From Gemmatales bacterium (GTDB taxonomy: Bacteria; Planctomycetota; Planctomycetia; Gemmatales; HRBIN36): 64,000 nucleotides of DNA. The stretch is from NCBI GenBank assembly GCA_041640595.1, contig JBEPZY010000007.1, forward strand, positions 149,611-213,610, read 5' to 3'. Made by a program: the position numbers and the translations under genes. The notes beneath the pieces were generated by a model, which saw only the letters and a program-made list of their open reading frames with translations, had not been told where the DNA came from and did no database searches. Below are positions 46,039 to 56,800 of this stretch, piece by piece. The stretch's first letter is position 1; every line of letters begins with the position of its first letter.

Positions 46039-46323
46039 ATGCGCCGATTCACCATGCTTAGTATCGCCTTCGCATCATTTTTGAGCGGCTGGCTTATAGC
46101 TCACTGCGTCTCTCCCGAGCTTTTCGGTCTCCAGACCCGCCAGCCCAAGGACGCGCGTTTTTCTCACGGCCTGGTGCTCAAGGTTCGCAACGAGAAAGAA
46201 GCCGACTTCGGACCCGGCACCAAACGTTATGGCTTGGAAGTTTATTATGACGAGAACACCAACTGCTACATTTATATCTCCGAAACCGGTAGCATTTCAG
46301 TGGTTTCCGCGCAGTCACGTTGA
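46039..46323 (+). CDS. Small exported hypothetical protein
   Basis: AGGAG RBS; signal-like MRRFTMLSIAFASFLSGWLIA; beta-rich HGLVLKVR...YGLEVYYDEN...YISETGSISVV. Confidence 0.75.
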   Translation: MRRFTMLSIAFASFLSGWLIAHCVSPELFGLQTRQPKDARFSHGLVLKVRNEKEADFGPGTKRYGLEVYYDENTNCYIYISETGSISVVSAQSR

Positions 46324-46336
46324 AAATTCCATTTCT

Positions 46337-47248
46337 TCACGAAGTCAGCGTAAACCGTGGCAGGAGATCGCGTCGGCTGTCCAAGGCCTTCGCGGCTTCG
46401 TGTGCCGTAACAAATTTATAATTCCGTAAAAGCCGCTCCAATTTCTGTGGCATGCCTCCAATTCCAGTATAGGTACGCCAGCTCTTCCACCAACCCAGGG
46501 GTAACCTTGGCTGCTCGGTGTCAAATTCCCAAGGATGAAAATAGAGCATGACGTAACTCCCTTGATTCAACAACTGCCGGATCCCGCTCTCACAAACCGT
46601 TTCCGGCCAAAACCGAAAATGGCCGCCTCCTCCGATAGCTAAGCGTATAGGTCCTAACTGCAAAGTCGCTGGGGGTAACTCCAGCAGCTCCGCGTTCCCT
46701 GAAACAGCCACAAACGGAGTTCGCGGCGCCCGCGCCACCCCGTATCGGTCATGGATCACTGGATAAACCGAAGAATCGTAAGAAAATCCCAGGTCTCTCA
46801 AAAGGGCGATAACCCAGTTCGTCTCTTGTAAGATACTGAAACTCGGGGCTCGGAATCCCCATACCGGTTCTCCGAGAACATCTTCTAAGACCCTCTTGTT
46901 TTGTTCAACATCTTGATAAGCTTCCTCCGGGCTCATCTCGGTAAACAAACGATGGGACCAACTGTGGCAGGCTATTTCATGTCCATCGCGTCTTAGTGCC
47001 CGTACTAAATAAGGAAACCGCCAGGCTAGTTCACCAACCCAGAAAAAGGTAGCCTGTACATCGTATAGACCTAAAAGCCTTCTCAGCCATTTGACTTGGC
47101 AAAGCAAACGTTTCGCTAACTCCAGGCAATCGGAAGCAGTGAGCCGTACATGCCTCGCGGCCTGGATGTGATAGATAGCTTCTACGTCGAAACTAAGGAT
47201 CACCCTTCCAGGTGGTGCGCTTCGTGAATCTGATAATCGAGCGGTCAT
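46337..47248 (-). CDS. Polysaccharide deacetylase (XrtA-system-associated / DUF3473 type)
   Basis: SFDVE, ATFF, GHEIACHSWSH, GFRAPSFS, YDSSVYP..HDRYG and YFHPWE.D; ATGA overlap with the upstream gene. Confidence 0.9.
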   Translation of the reverse strand: MTARLSDSRSAPPGRVILSFDVEAIYHIQAARHVRLTASDCLELAKRLLCQVKWLRRLLGLYDVQATFFWVGELAWRFPYLVRALRRDGHEIACHSWSHRLFTEMSPEEAYQDVEQNKRVLEDVLGEPVWGFRAPSFSILQETNWVIALLRDLGFSYDSSVYPVIHDRYGVARAPRTPFVAVSGNAELLELPPATLQLGPIRLAIGGGGHFRFWPETVCESGIRQLLNQGSYVMLYFHPWEFDTEQPRLPLGWWKSWRTYTGIGGMPQKLERLLRNYKFVTAHEAAKALDSRRDLLPRFTLTS

Positions 47249-48306
47249 ACAGGTATTCCTCGTACTAACCATGGCCCTAGCCACTTGGTCAGCGGTAAGG
47301 GAAGCCTCTGCCACCATTTAATCAAGCTTTGAAAGCGTGGGTGCTCTTTTGCCCACTGAGAAGGCTCCTTGCGTCGGGCATAATAGTACCACGTCAGGGG
47401 TTGCTCGTATGTGCCCCATTGCTTCTTGAAACGATAAGAGCCACTCCCCGGAGTGCAACGTCCAAAATCGCAGATGTGGCTACCATGCTTGATGCTGTTC
47501 ACCATGAGATGCCAGTACAGAAGCATGTTAGCACAAGTATCACGCGCATCAGGTAGGCTCGCGGCCAACGGAATCTCACTAATCCCATTTCCATGTAAAA
47601 GGACCCCTCCAGCTAGCACTTGTCGCTCCCGCAAGACTAAGACAATCTCCATTCGCTCGCGAAAGTAGTGCCACATAGCCTCGAGGAAACTGAGCGGATA
47701 AACCGGCGTTCCTAAGTGTCGCATATTGACAGCGTATACATTGTAAAATGGGCGAATCAACTCTTCCCCTCCTGTGCGAACAAACAATTGCATCTTATGT
47801 GCTTTCCGGACCTGGTTCCTCACTTTGGAATTAAGCTGCTTCCATAGCTGTTCTTCACTACGCGGCAACTCACGTATCATGAGCACCTTATGGCCTATCC
47901 GCTTAGCAAAGCCGCTATCTTCTCCTACCCCACCGCCGCGTAGCTCCAGATAGTCAACATCTAGCTCTTCGGATAGCTGTAGAGTTACTTGGATTAAACA
48001 ACGCGATGCACTAACATCGCAAGCGTAAATGCCACCCCAGTTTACGTATGGCATGCTTATTAGGAAGTTGCCCATAAAACTCCGGATATTCACCAGCGGC
48101 AAAACACCTACCAGGTTTTCATGTTCCCAGACCGTGATGTAATAAGACCTATGCCCAAGACAATGCGCTATAATATCACACCAATAGCGCGATTGTGTGA
48201 CCCGCCAACCGCTTTTGCTTTTTTCATACTTTTCAAGTGCCACTAAACTCTCGCATTGATCAATGTACCGATATAAGCGCACAGCGCACATACAAAATCC
48301 CCGCAA
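47245..48306 (-). CDS. FemAB-like GNAT protein (XrtA/PEP-CTERM-associated type)
   Basis: GVLPLV...LISMPYVNWGG, KVRNQVRKA, NMRHLGTPVY and DFGRC..GSGSYRFKKQWG. Confidence 0.88.
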   Translation of the reverse strand: MRGFCMCAVRLYRYIDQCESLVALEKYEKSKSGWRVTQSRYWCDIIAHCLGHRSYYITVWEHENLVGVLPLVNIRSFMGNFLISMPYVNWGGIYACDVSASRCLIQVTLQLSEELDVDYLELRGGGVGEDSGFAKRIGHKVLMIRELPRSEEQLWKQLNSKVRNQVRKAHKMQLFVRTGGEELIRPFYNVYAVNMRHLGTPVYPLSFLEAMWHYFRERMEIVLVLRERQVLAGGVLLHGNGISEIPLAASLPDARDTCANMLLYWHLMVNSIKHGSHICDFGRCTPGSGSYRFKKQWGTYEQPLTWYYYARRKEPSQWAKEHPRFQSLIKWWQRLPLPLTKWLGPWLVRGIPV

Positions 48307-48312
48307 GGCAGG

Positions 48313-49446
48313 CTAACCGCGGGCTTTGGCGATGAGCCTGTCGTAATCGGCCGCAAGTAGTTGCATCCTTCTGTCAAAGCTAAACTCCCGTGCCACTCTT
48401 GCTCTTGCCGACTTAACCATTTTGTCTCGGATTGTTCGGTCGTCAAGAATCTGACGTACAGCCTGAACAATAGCTGAAACGTCATTACATGGTACTAACA
48501 TTCCATCTTCACAATGTCTTATCATGTTAGGAATCGCTCCTACCTTAGTGGCTATTACGGGTACCTCCATAGCCATTGCCTCTAGAATGCTATTGGGCAT
48601 GCCCTCCCGTAGGCTGGTACATAGATAAACATCCATGCATTCGAGCCACGGACGTACATCATGTTGGTATCCGGCAAAATAGACTCGTTGTGTTAAGCCA
48701 TGATGGCGGGCCTCACTTTCCAGGGAAGCCCTCAAGGGTCCTTCGCCTACAAATAAACAATAAATTGGATAGCCCTGCAACAATAATTGTGCCGCTGTTT
48801 TAAGTACAACATCCAGATTCTTTTCTTTAGCCAGTCGAGCTACGGTACCAATCCATATTCCACGAGCTTCGAGTCCTAATTCTTTTCGCGCATCGAAAGG
48901 TTCGCGCGATCGCTTATAGATGCCAACATCAATGCCGTTAGGTAGATAGCGCAGTGCTTGCGGTGAGACTCTGCATCGCTTGGCTTCGTGATATAGTTGC
49001 GGTGATACACAATAAATGCGATCATACACACTGAGAGAAGCTTTTTCCAAACAATAGTAAATGTCGAGTTTCTTGTTTCTGTCAACCCAGCCGTGCAGGG
49101 TGCCGGCCCTAACCATAGTAGAAAGGCGTCCTAATAATGCTCCAAGGACGTGGCTCTTATAGTCGTGGGCGTGGTAAATGTGGGGGCGAATATGCCTGAT
49201 GATTTTTTTCAACTGCGCGACGACGCGAAGGTCAAACGGTCCGCAGTCCGGAATCACTGCCACCTCGACCCCTCGCTCCCGCATTTCTTGAAGGCGACGA
49301 TAGGCATCGGTATCAGCAGGATCGCAGAGATAGGCGCACACCATGTGGTAGTCGTAGCGTTTGAGGTGATGATAGGAGAGGGTTAATGTTTTCTCAGGCC
49401 CTCCCCCAGTTCCGCGTAGCACCCTTACATCCAAGACCACACGCAT
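48313..49446 (-). CDS. Glycosyltransferase family 4
   Basis: GGGPEK, HAHDYK, PNGID and SLREGMPNSILEAMA. Confidence 0.92.
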   Translation of the reverse strand: MRVVLDVRVLRGTGGGPEKTLTLSYHHLKRYDYHMVCAYLCDPADTDAYRRLQEMRERGVEVAVIPDCGPFDLRVVAQLKKIIRHIRPHIYHAHDYKSHVLGALLGRLSTMVRAGTLHGWVDRNKKLDIYYCLEKASLSVYDRIYCVSPQLYHEAKRCRVSPQALRYLPNGIDVGIYKRSREPFDARKELGLEARGIWIGTVARLAKEKNLDVVLKTAAQLLLQGYPIYCLFVGEGPLRASLESEARHHGLTQRVYFAGYQHDVRPWLECMDVYLCTSLREGMPNSILEAMAMEVPVIATKVGAIPNMIRHCEDGMLVPCNDVSAIVQAVRQILDDRTIRDKMVKSARARVAREFSFDRRMQLLAADYDRLIAKARG

Positions 49447-49460
49447 GGGCAGGAGATCTT

Positions 49461-50618
49461 TCAGTTGGATGTTGCGAGTAATCCCAAATCATCGAGCCAT
49501 TCGAGGAACAATTTAGCTTTCGCTTGCCAACTTTCCTGCCTTAGCAGGTGCTGCCGCGCCTTCAATTGGTCATGCGACGGCGGCTGGTGAATCGCTGATG
49601 CTAAGCAGGATCTAAATTCCTCGACAGTGTCGCATAAATGAAGGAAACAATCCCATCGCTCCAGTGCTGGCAAACGGCGTGCCACTATAGGTTTCCCAGT
49701 AGCTAAATATTCAAGCAACTTGAGTGGCTGCATGGCTCGTGTTACCTCGTTGTCAGCGTACGGCATCATCAAAACGTCAGCGTACTTGGCAATTGTTGGC
49801 AGGCAATGCACCTGAACGGGACCGTGAACAACTATATTCCTGTACCGGCTTAAGGAATCTGGCTTATATTGAATCGGACCGACTAACACAAATGTGACAT
49901 CGGGCAATTGCGAAGCGGCTGAGAGGATCCAACTCCAGTCCAGCCGTTTGTCAAGTAGTCCCCACCACATCACCGCTGGTTTTTTTATAGGCACGGGACA
50001 AGGAGGATATTCATCGCGCGCGCTTCTCATCCAGGTGTCAAGGTCTATACCGTGGGTAAGCAGCCTGGCCGTTCTACCATAGGTGTGAATGTGGCATTGT
50101 AATGTGGAGCTGGCTGCAAGTAGCAGTCGGGCGCGGGTAATGGTTGCTGACTCGCAATTGCGAAGCGTGTGCCCGTCAAGACCCGGCCAGTCGGTGAAAT
50201 TATCCACGCAGTAATAAACCCAAGCGTTCACAGGGATAGTGTCCAGCCAGTACGCAGGAAGCGGTATTGCGGTTACCCCGATTAGTGGAGACGTTGTAGA
50301 TTGCATGTAGCGCTTTATTGATAGACTTATGGACCTGCTGTTTAATCGTTGGATGACCGGCGAACGCCAGTTCGGAATCAGGAATGGGTTGAGAACACGT
50401 ATTTTCGAATGCGAGGGAGTAGCTTTATGGGATTGGATAAACCAGTCTCTAAGTTTTTCAACAGCCCGTCTGCATGTATAAAGGTCGAATGCTGGCTTGC
50501 GCATGCCTATGGTGTTTATCCAGAGAACCTGATAACTGCGGACGAGCTCGCGGGCTAGATATTGCGCGCTCGAGGGATGCCGTCCCCAATCATCAGCAAA
50601 AAACAGGAAGGTAGTCAT
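49461..50618 (-). CDS. Glycosyltransferase (GT-B fold)
   Basis: FADDWGRHPSS, YYCVD, HGID and PLKLLEYLATGKP. Confidence 0.88.
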   Translation of the reverse strand: MTTFLFFADDWGRHPSSAQYLARELVRSYQVLWINTIGMRKPAFDLYTCRRAVEKLRDWFIQSHKATPSHSKIRVLNPFLIPNWRSPVIQRLNSRSISLSIKRYMQSTTSPLIGVTAIPLPAYWLDTIPVNAWVYYCVDNFTDWPGLDGHTLRNCESATITRARLLLAASSTLQCHIHTYGRTARLLTHGIDLDTWMRSARDEYPPCPVPIKKPAVMWWGLLDKRLDWSWILSAASQLPDVTFVLVGPIQYKPDSLSRYRNIVVHGPVQVHCLPTIAKYADVLMMPYADNEVTRAMQPLKLLEYLATGKPIVARRLPALERWDCFLHLCDTVEEFRSCLASAIHQPPSHDQLKARQHLLRQESWQAKAKLFLEWLDDLGLLATSN

Positions 50619-51756
50619 ATCTTTCTGTTCTTAGTGAGGTACCTAGCATTCGGTCGTATATGTCCGCGTATGCGTTTACTACTTTAGACCAGTTATGCCG
50701 GCTCAGGCAAACGAGTCTTCCCATACTACCCATAATAGTGCGTTGTTCAGGATGCTGTGCCAGGTGGATTAGATACTTACCTAATGCAACATTGTCACGA
50801 ATCGGCGCCACAAAACCTGTCTTGCCATGCTCCACTATCTCGGGAACAGCTCCGCACGCTGTGCTGACAACCGGCAAAGCACAACTCATTGCCTCCAGTA
50901 CGGTTAACGGCATGCCTTCACTGAGACTGGTTAGTAGGAAACAGTCAGCGGCATGATAGTAAGGTAGCGTATTAACCTGTTGACCTAATGGAATCACGAC
51001 CGATTGCAGGCCACGTTCATGAATAAATGCAAGTATACGGGAGCGCTCTGGACCATCTCCAACTAACAAAAGACGTGAATTAGAATGTGTTTTATACAAA
51101 TGCCCGAAGGCGGAGATGGCTGTGAAGTGGTCCTTGACTGGATCGAGTCGGGCTACGTGTACCACTACAAAGCAATCTGGCGGCAGACCTAATCGGGTGC
51201 GGACGCTAAGTTTCTCGGAGTTATGGGCAGGCGAGTAGAAAGCGGTGTCCACGCCATTAGGAACCACAGCTATACGCTGCCGAGGGAGTCCCTCATATCT
51301 GATAAGCGCATCCCTAACGGAATTGCTAACTGCTGTGATCCTGTCTTCGCTGCTAAGTAGCAGGCGGTTTGTCAAAACCCGGCGCATCTGGCGTTGGTCG
51401 GGAACAAACCGGCCGTGTTCAGTAAAGAGAATGGGAATGGAATTATACTGCAAGCGGGCTAGCAAAGCATAGGCAAACGGGGTGTATTGATGGGCGTGGA
51501 TTAGATTGCACTTGTGTTGCCGTAATAATCTAACAAGCTGCATGACGAGAACCGGGTCTATCCCAGGCTGACGACTCAAAGAATATACTGGAACACCCAG
51601 CCTGGTCAAGGTGTCTTGAAGAGGCCCGGTTCCGTCAAGGGATGCGATGATAAAATCGTAGGAGCTGCATAATGCTCTTATCAGCTTGCAAGCTAAGATT
51701 TCGGCTCCACCGAGCTGGAACGTATGCAGCAATACTAAAATTTTCTTGCGAGGCAT
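50593..51756 (-). CDS. Glycosyltransferase family 4
   Basis: GGAE, HAHQYTP, FTEHG, VARLDPVKDH and SEGMPLTVLEAM. Confidence 0.92.
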   Translation of the reverse strand: MPRKKILVLLHTFQLGGAEILACKLIRALCSSYDFIIASLDGTGPLQDTLTRLGVPVYSLSRQPGIDPVLVMQLVRLLRQHKCNLIHAHQYTPFAYALLARLQYNSIPILFTEHGRFVPDQRQMRRVLTNRLLLSSEDRITAVSNSVRDALIRYEGLPRQRIAVVPNGVDTAFYSPAHNSEKLSVRTRLGLPPDCFVVVHVARLDPVKDHFTAISAFGHLYKTHSNSRLLLVGDGPERSRILAFIHERGLQSVVIPLGQQVNTLPYYHAADCFLLTSLSEGMPLTVLEAMSCALPVVSTACGAVPEIVEHGKTGFVAPIRDNVALGKYLIHLAQHPEQRTIMGSMGRLVCLSRHNWSKVVNAYADIYDRMLGTSLRTERYDYLPVFC

Positions 51757-51858
51757 GAGATAGATGGCTCAGGCTGCTTTGTAAGTACGTAGGAGTTAGA
51801 GATAGGTTAGCATGCAGCGTGCCATAAGCGGGCATGATATCCGTGAAGCTGACCCGCC

Positions 51859-53859
51859 TTATCCCCACACAGGCCAGTGATCACCAATCTGTGTGTTAAG
51901 GGAGTGGACCGAGACAAAAGCGTTGAGATGAGAGTGAGCCCTGGAACTACTCAAAGCTCCGTATGGTTCATAAAGAGTGATGCCGCGCATCCAGTAATCA
52001 TGCCACCGGAACAAACAGTAAAGATTCCAGAGAGATTGCGCAAATTCTTTGTAGTCACAATCAAAGTGCCCCACAGTTTCTCTTATGGCAGCAGTGTTCA
52101 AGATGTGCTTCCATGGTGCTGAGTGAACGTAATCTAACAACGAGGGTAGGACGGCTCTCACCTGGTGAAACAATCCACGCAACTCGAAACCTTGTTTAGG
52201 AGCATCAATTACACTGGCGGGCAAGACGTCTCTATATGCCCGGCGCAATAATCGTTTCGTGGTAGCGTAATGAAGCTTTTGATCCGGAGGAAGAACCCAG
52301 GCCCATTCAACGAGTTTATGGTCTAACAACGGCGGTCTGATTTCCAGGCCGATTGCCATACTGGCCCGGTCAGCTTTGACAAGGAATGCTTCCGGTAAAA
52401 GGAATTGTAAATCTACGTGAGCCATTCGGGAAACTGGGTGTTTCAGTGGGCTATCATTCCATAGCTGTGATAACCGTTTTAAGTCCTCGTGTAATACCTG
52501 GTTCAACTCAGGAGTAAGCCAGGTGTGTAAGAGGTCAGGTGAAGTCTGCCCGAGTGATATTGCATAAGCCAGACCATCATCTAAGTCGAGGCGATTGATT
52601 GCCCGGGCTGCCTTGCGCAGGTATCTAAGTCCATCGTACGATGTTAACCGAGATAGCTGGAATTGCTTTAGCAACTTTATGGCTCTCCTAAAACTTCTGC
52701 TCAACAAGTGTTCAATGCGATTGATGGTATATCTGCGATAACCCCAGAAGACCTCGTCACCACCATCGCCCGTAAGAAGAACCTTGACGTAGTCACGTGC
52801 ATTGGCCGTCAGAACATGCAACGGTAAAATGGAGCTATCACCCAATGGCTCGTCTAAGGCAGAAATAACGTTATCGAGCGGATTGGTTTTTGGCCTCGGT
52901 GGATCTAGGGAGATGTGTTCTATCTTCAAATGGCGTGTGGTCAATTGTGCCCGAGTAAATTCTCCATCCTGGCCATAGTCGCGGTCCCAGTTGATAGTAA
53001 ATACTACAAGGGGCGTTTTTTGTACAAATGAAGCGTGGTACGCAATTATGGAAGAGTCGAGTCCACCGCTCAGGGCGACGCCGATGGGCACGTCTGACAG
53101 TAAGTGTGCCTCAACTGCCTCTCCTATTCTCTCGCGAACATGTTTAGCAGCATCTTTCAGGGCATAATTTAGCGTATTTGTAGGAGGTTTCCAATACCGT
53201 TTTATTTCCCAGGTCCGTGAGGTTACACAAAAAGACAGGCAATGCGCGGGTTGCAGCTTTCGGATATGCATGTACGGAGAACGCCATGGCGGAAAACAGC
53301 CGTAGTAGAGAAAACTAGGAACGCTATCCATATCCATCATAACCGGAAGCAATCCGGTGGCAAATATAGCCGATGGCTGTGATGCGAACAGTAACTTGTC
53401 ATGTGTAATGGCGTAATAGAGGGGCTTGATCCCTAACCGATCGCGGGCTAAGAATAGGCATTTGCGACGGCTGTCCCAGATCGCAAATGCAAACATGCCA
53501 CGCAATTCAGACACCAGTTCTGGGCCAAGTTCCTCGTATAGGTGAACAAGTACCTCCGTGTCGGTTTTAGTCTTGAATATATGTCCTTTGCTCTGTAAGT
53601 AGTGTCGCAATTGAGGGCTGTTGTATATTTCACCGTTGAAGGAGACTACGATAGTTCCATCTTCATTGACGAGAGGTTGATGGCCATTTTCTGGGTCCAA
53701 TATTGCAAGGCGAGTGTGCACTAATAAAGCAGATTCATCCGACCAGACCCCCCAACCATCCGGGCCGCGGTGGCTAAGCGCACGGATACATGCCTTAGCA
53801 ATGCGCGTCTTCGGAAGGTGGCCGAGATGGTGAGATACGATGCCGGCAATACCACACAT
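51859..53859 (-). CDS. asnB: Asparagine synthase (glutamine-hydrolysing)-like amidotransferase
   Basis: MCGIAG, HRGPD, FNGEIYN, ARDRLGIKPLY, LSGGLDSS and GDGGDE.F.GY; context favours glycan amidation. Confidence 0.9.
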   Translation of the reverse strand: MCGIAGIVSHHLGHLPKTRIAKACIRALSHRGPDGWGVWSDESALLVHTRLAILDPENGHQPLVNEDGTIVVSFNGEIYNSPQLRHYLQSKGHIFKTKTDTEVLVHLYEELGPELVSELRGMFAFAIWDSRRKCLFLARDRLGIKPLYYAITHDKLLFASQPSAIFATGLLPVMMDMDSVPSFLYYGCFPPWRSPYMHIRKLQPAHCLSFCVTSRTWEIKRYWKPPTNTLNYALKDAAKHVRERIGEAVEAHLLSDVPIGVALSGGLDSSIIAYHASFVQKTPLVVFTINWDRDYGQDGEFTRAQLTTRHLKIEHISLDPPRPKTNPLDNVISALDEPLGDSSILPLHVLTANARDYVKVLLTGDGGDEVFWGYRRYTINRIEHLLSRSFRRAIKLLKQFQLSRLTSYDGLRYLRKAARAINRLDLDDGLAYAISLGQTSPDLLHTWLTPELNQVLHEDLKRLSQLWNDSPLKHPVSRMAHVDLQFLLPEAFLVKADRASMAIGLEIRPPLLDHKLVEWAWVLPPDQKLHYATTKRLLRRAYRDVLPASVIDAPKQGFELRGLFHQVRAVLPSLLDYVHSAPWKHILNTAAIRETVGHFDCDYKEFAQSLWNLYCLFRWHDYWMRGITLYEPYGALSSSRAHSHLNAFVSVHSLNTQIGDHWPVWG

Positions 53860-53886
53860 ACAATGATCGCAAAATTGCGGCGTCTT

Positions 53887-56800
53887 CTATGCCGGGTTCC
53901 ATTCGATGCTTATAGCGTCCACCACGGGAGTAGTATTGGGGACTGTCGAAAGCAGAGTCAGTGTATATTGCAAATAACGTGCCGGCGGATTCAGAATTGT
54001 ACCGTCTGGAGCTACGTTGGCCCAGGCAGACCAGGATTCATCTGGCGTGGGTGAATTACCAGTGCGTGTTTCAATAACGACGGAAGTACCGACGGGTTTA
54101 TTTCCTGACCAGGCTAATTTCTGCCATGCTGCTAATTGTCCTGCGTCAAAGATCCGAGAGAGATAACTGCCACTGGCCGGGTAGTCCATCGTCTCAACCC
54201 AGTCGGCAATCAGAGGATTGGTTCCATAGAAGTCTGAGAGGGCAAGTTTATATGCGACATTTGGTGGTAACTGGGCGGCCAGCGAGGCGACTAAACTTCC
54301 GTCAATGTAAAAATCTATGCGCCCAGTCGAAGGAATTATGCGGTATTGGTGCGTGCCAGTCGGTACGCTACCCAGGTCTTGTTCTAGGATGTTTCCGAAT
54401 ATGTTGAGTCGAGCAAGTAAGCGGGCACCATCCGGGCTTGTTCCGAACAAAATCCACACATTTTGGCGCGGGTCACCTAACCCTGTTGCCAACCCGAAAT
54501 GCTGGTATCCAATCGGCGAGAAAGTCAGTGCAGCTTGAGTGCCCACCAGATTGACAGGCTGAGTGGAGAGAATGCCGCTGCCGCCAAGGATGAGCTTCCC
54601 GTTATTCAAGTTCAAGGTAACCGGGCCGCCGCCAACAGTCGTCCAGGAATGATGTGTCCATCGGGTGCTAAGTATAGGTTCCTCGAAGTCATCATTTATG
54701 GTGCCAGCTAACTGAAGTTCGCCATCAGCGCGTTTCGTAGCGGTAACAAGTGTTGCTTGGCCTGATAGAAAGTCAGTATAGGAGGTATCAAGAAATCTTT
54801 GTGTTTCTCTAGTGCGGTACCGTAAACTAATATCGTGAAGAATAGGCGAACGCACTGGGTTAGTTGTGTTGAAGGCGATGCGGTATTGTGCATATCGGCC
54901 AAACAAACCGGGATTGGCCCCAACCGTGTTTATAGCAACAAAGTCGGACCAGGAAGAATCTACATGAGGTGTCGGACCCGCACGGATGGATATCTCTAAG
55001 CTAGTGTTTTGCGGAAGATTAGCCAACCAGCTAACCGCCGTCCAATAAGCATCCGTGCCGGCATCTAAAATTGCCGAAAAATATCTTCCGCTATTTGCGT
55101 ATGTGCCAGCGCGAATCCAATCCACCATTATTGGACTATTTTCAGTAGTATAATCACTGGCAGTCACACGGAGAGGCTCACTAATGCTGATGTTGTGGGC
55201 TGCTACAAGAGTACCATCAATATAATAGAGCACCTGGTTGCTCAGCCACTCTATTCGATAGACGTGATACTGGCCGAACCAATTGCCGGGGATTGTGGTA
55301 TTGATAGCTCGGTTGGAAATCGCGGTTCTTGCTAATAACGATTCACCATTGCCAGTGCTAAAAATTGCCCACCCGGAAGTGACAAGGTCCTGGGCAACAC
55401 CGAAGTGTTGATAAGGTCCACCTGTGAAAAGAACTTTGCCTTCAATAAACTGCCCGCTTGATACACTTTGCGAACTGAAAATAGCTGAGCCGTCTAAAAT
55501 CAACGATCCCTGCTGAATCGCAAGCTGGCCGTTTGGCTGCCAGCTTCTAGTGTTCCACGTTGATGTTAGATTACCTGTATCGAATTCATCGGAAATTGAT
55601 GGCCGTAAACTAAGAGCACCGTCACCGTCTCCAACGGTCACAACGTTGTCAAATGTTCCATTGGCAAAGTCGGTTACCGTTGTATGAGTTAGCTCATTTT
55701 CGTTTCCAGACGAAGACAATGAAAACGCCCAACTCTCAGCCGCTGACATTTGGTTACCTTGAAGATCGGCAACACTACGAACAGTGACTAAATAGGTGGC
55801 GCCTGGGCGAAGGTCTTCCTGAGGAGTTAATGTAACCACATTTGCCCTTACGGCTAAAACGGCATTCACACGAACACCTGAGCCGGAGTCTATCAGTGCT
55901 ATATTTGTAGGACTAACAGAAGCAGCATCCAGCAGTTCATTGAATGCAACGCGAATCTGAGGACGAGTGGTGGTCACGGTTTCATCTGGTCCTGGCTCTC
56001 GGGACACTATAAATGGACCATAACGATCGTTGCTGGCGGGGCCCACATCAAAGGCAACGACTCGAATAATCGGTACCTCTTGCAATGATTGCGGATTAGA
56101 CGCCGTGACGACCAATTTATACTGCAGGTAGCGTGAGGTCGCTTGTGTGTTAAATCCGGAATAGGGAACAGGGATGAAATCTGTCCAAGTGTCATCAGGG
56201 ATGGGAGTGTTGCCCATTCGAACATAAACCGCTATGGAAGTATTACCAGGAGTCTCCGCATCCCAAGCAAGACGCTCCCAAAGCACTCGCTGCCCCGCGT
56301 CAAATATACGGGAAAGAAACTCACCCCTCTCAGCATAAGGGCCAAGCTGTAACCAGTCAATTTCCAGGGCTGTATTGTCGCTGGTATAGTCACTGGCGAC
56401 TATCGCAAGTCGTGTGGTACCTGGTGAAGAATGTTCAGCAACTAATATGCCGTCTATGTAGTACTTTATGCGGCTAGAACGTATTTCAATGCGAAAAGTA
56501 TGGTAAGAACCAAGCCATTGAGGGCCTAAAAATGTTTCCTGGCTGGTGCCGGAGTAAGACCGTGCATATAGGCCATCGCCTGCTCGGGTGCTAAATATGA
56601 ACCAGGGTCCGAAGTTGAGGTCAGTTGCAAGTCCTATGTGCTGATAGGGACTGGCGGTGAACCGAGCACGAAATTGTAAAGTTAGATTACCGGAAAATAT
56701 CGTATCTGTGCTGAGCATAACGGCATCTAATCGAACAACGCCGTCGCGGATGATAGTGCTGCCGCTGGGCGACCAGGTAGTAACCCTAAGTCCGGAAGGC

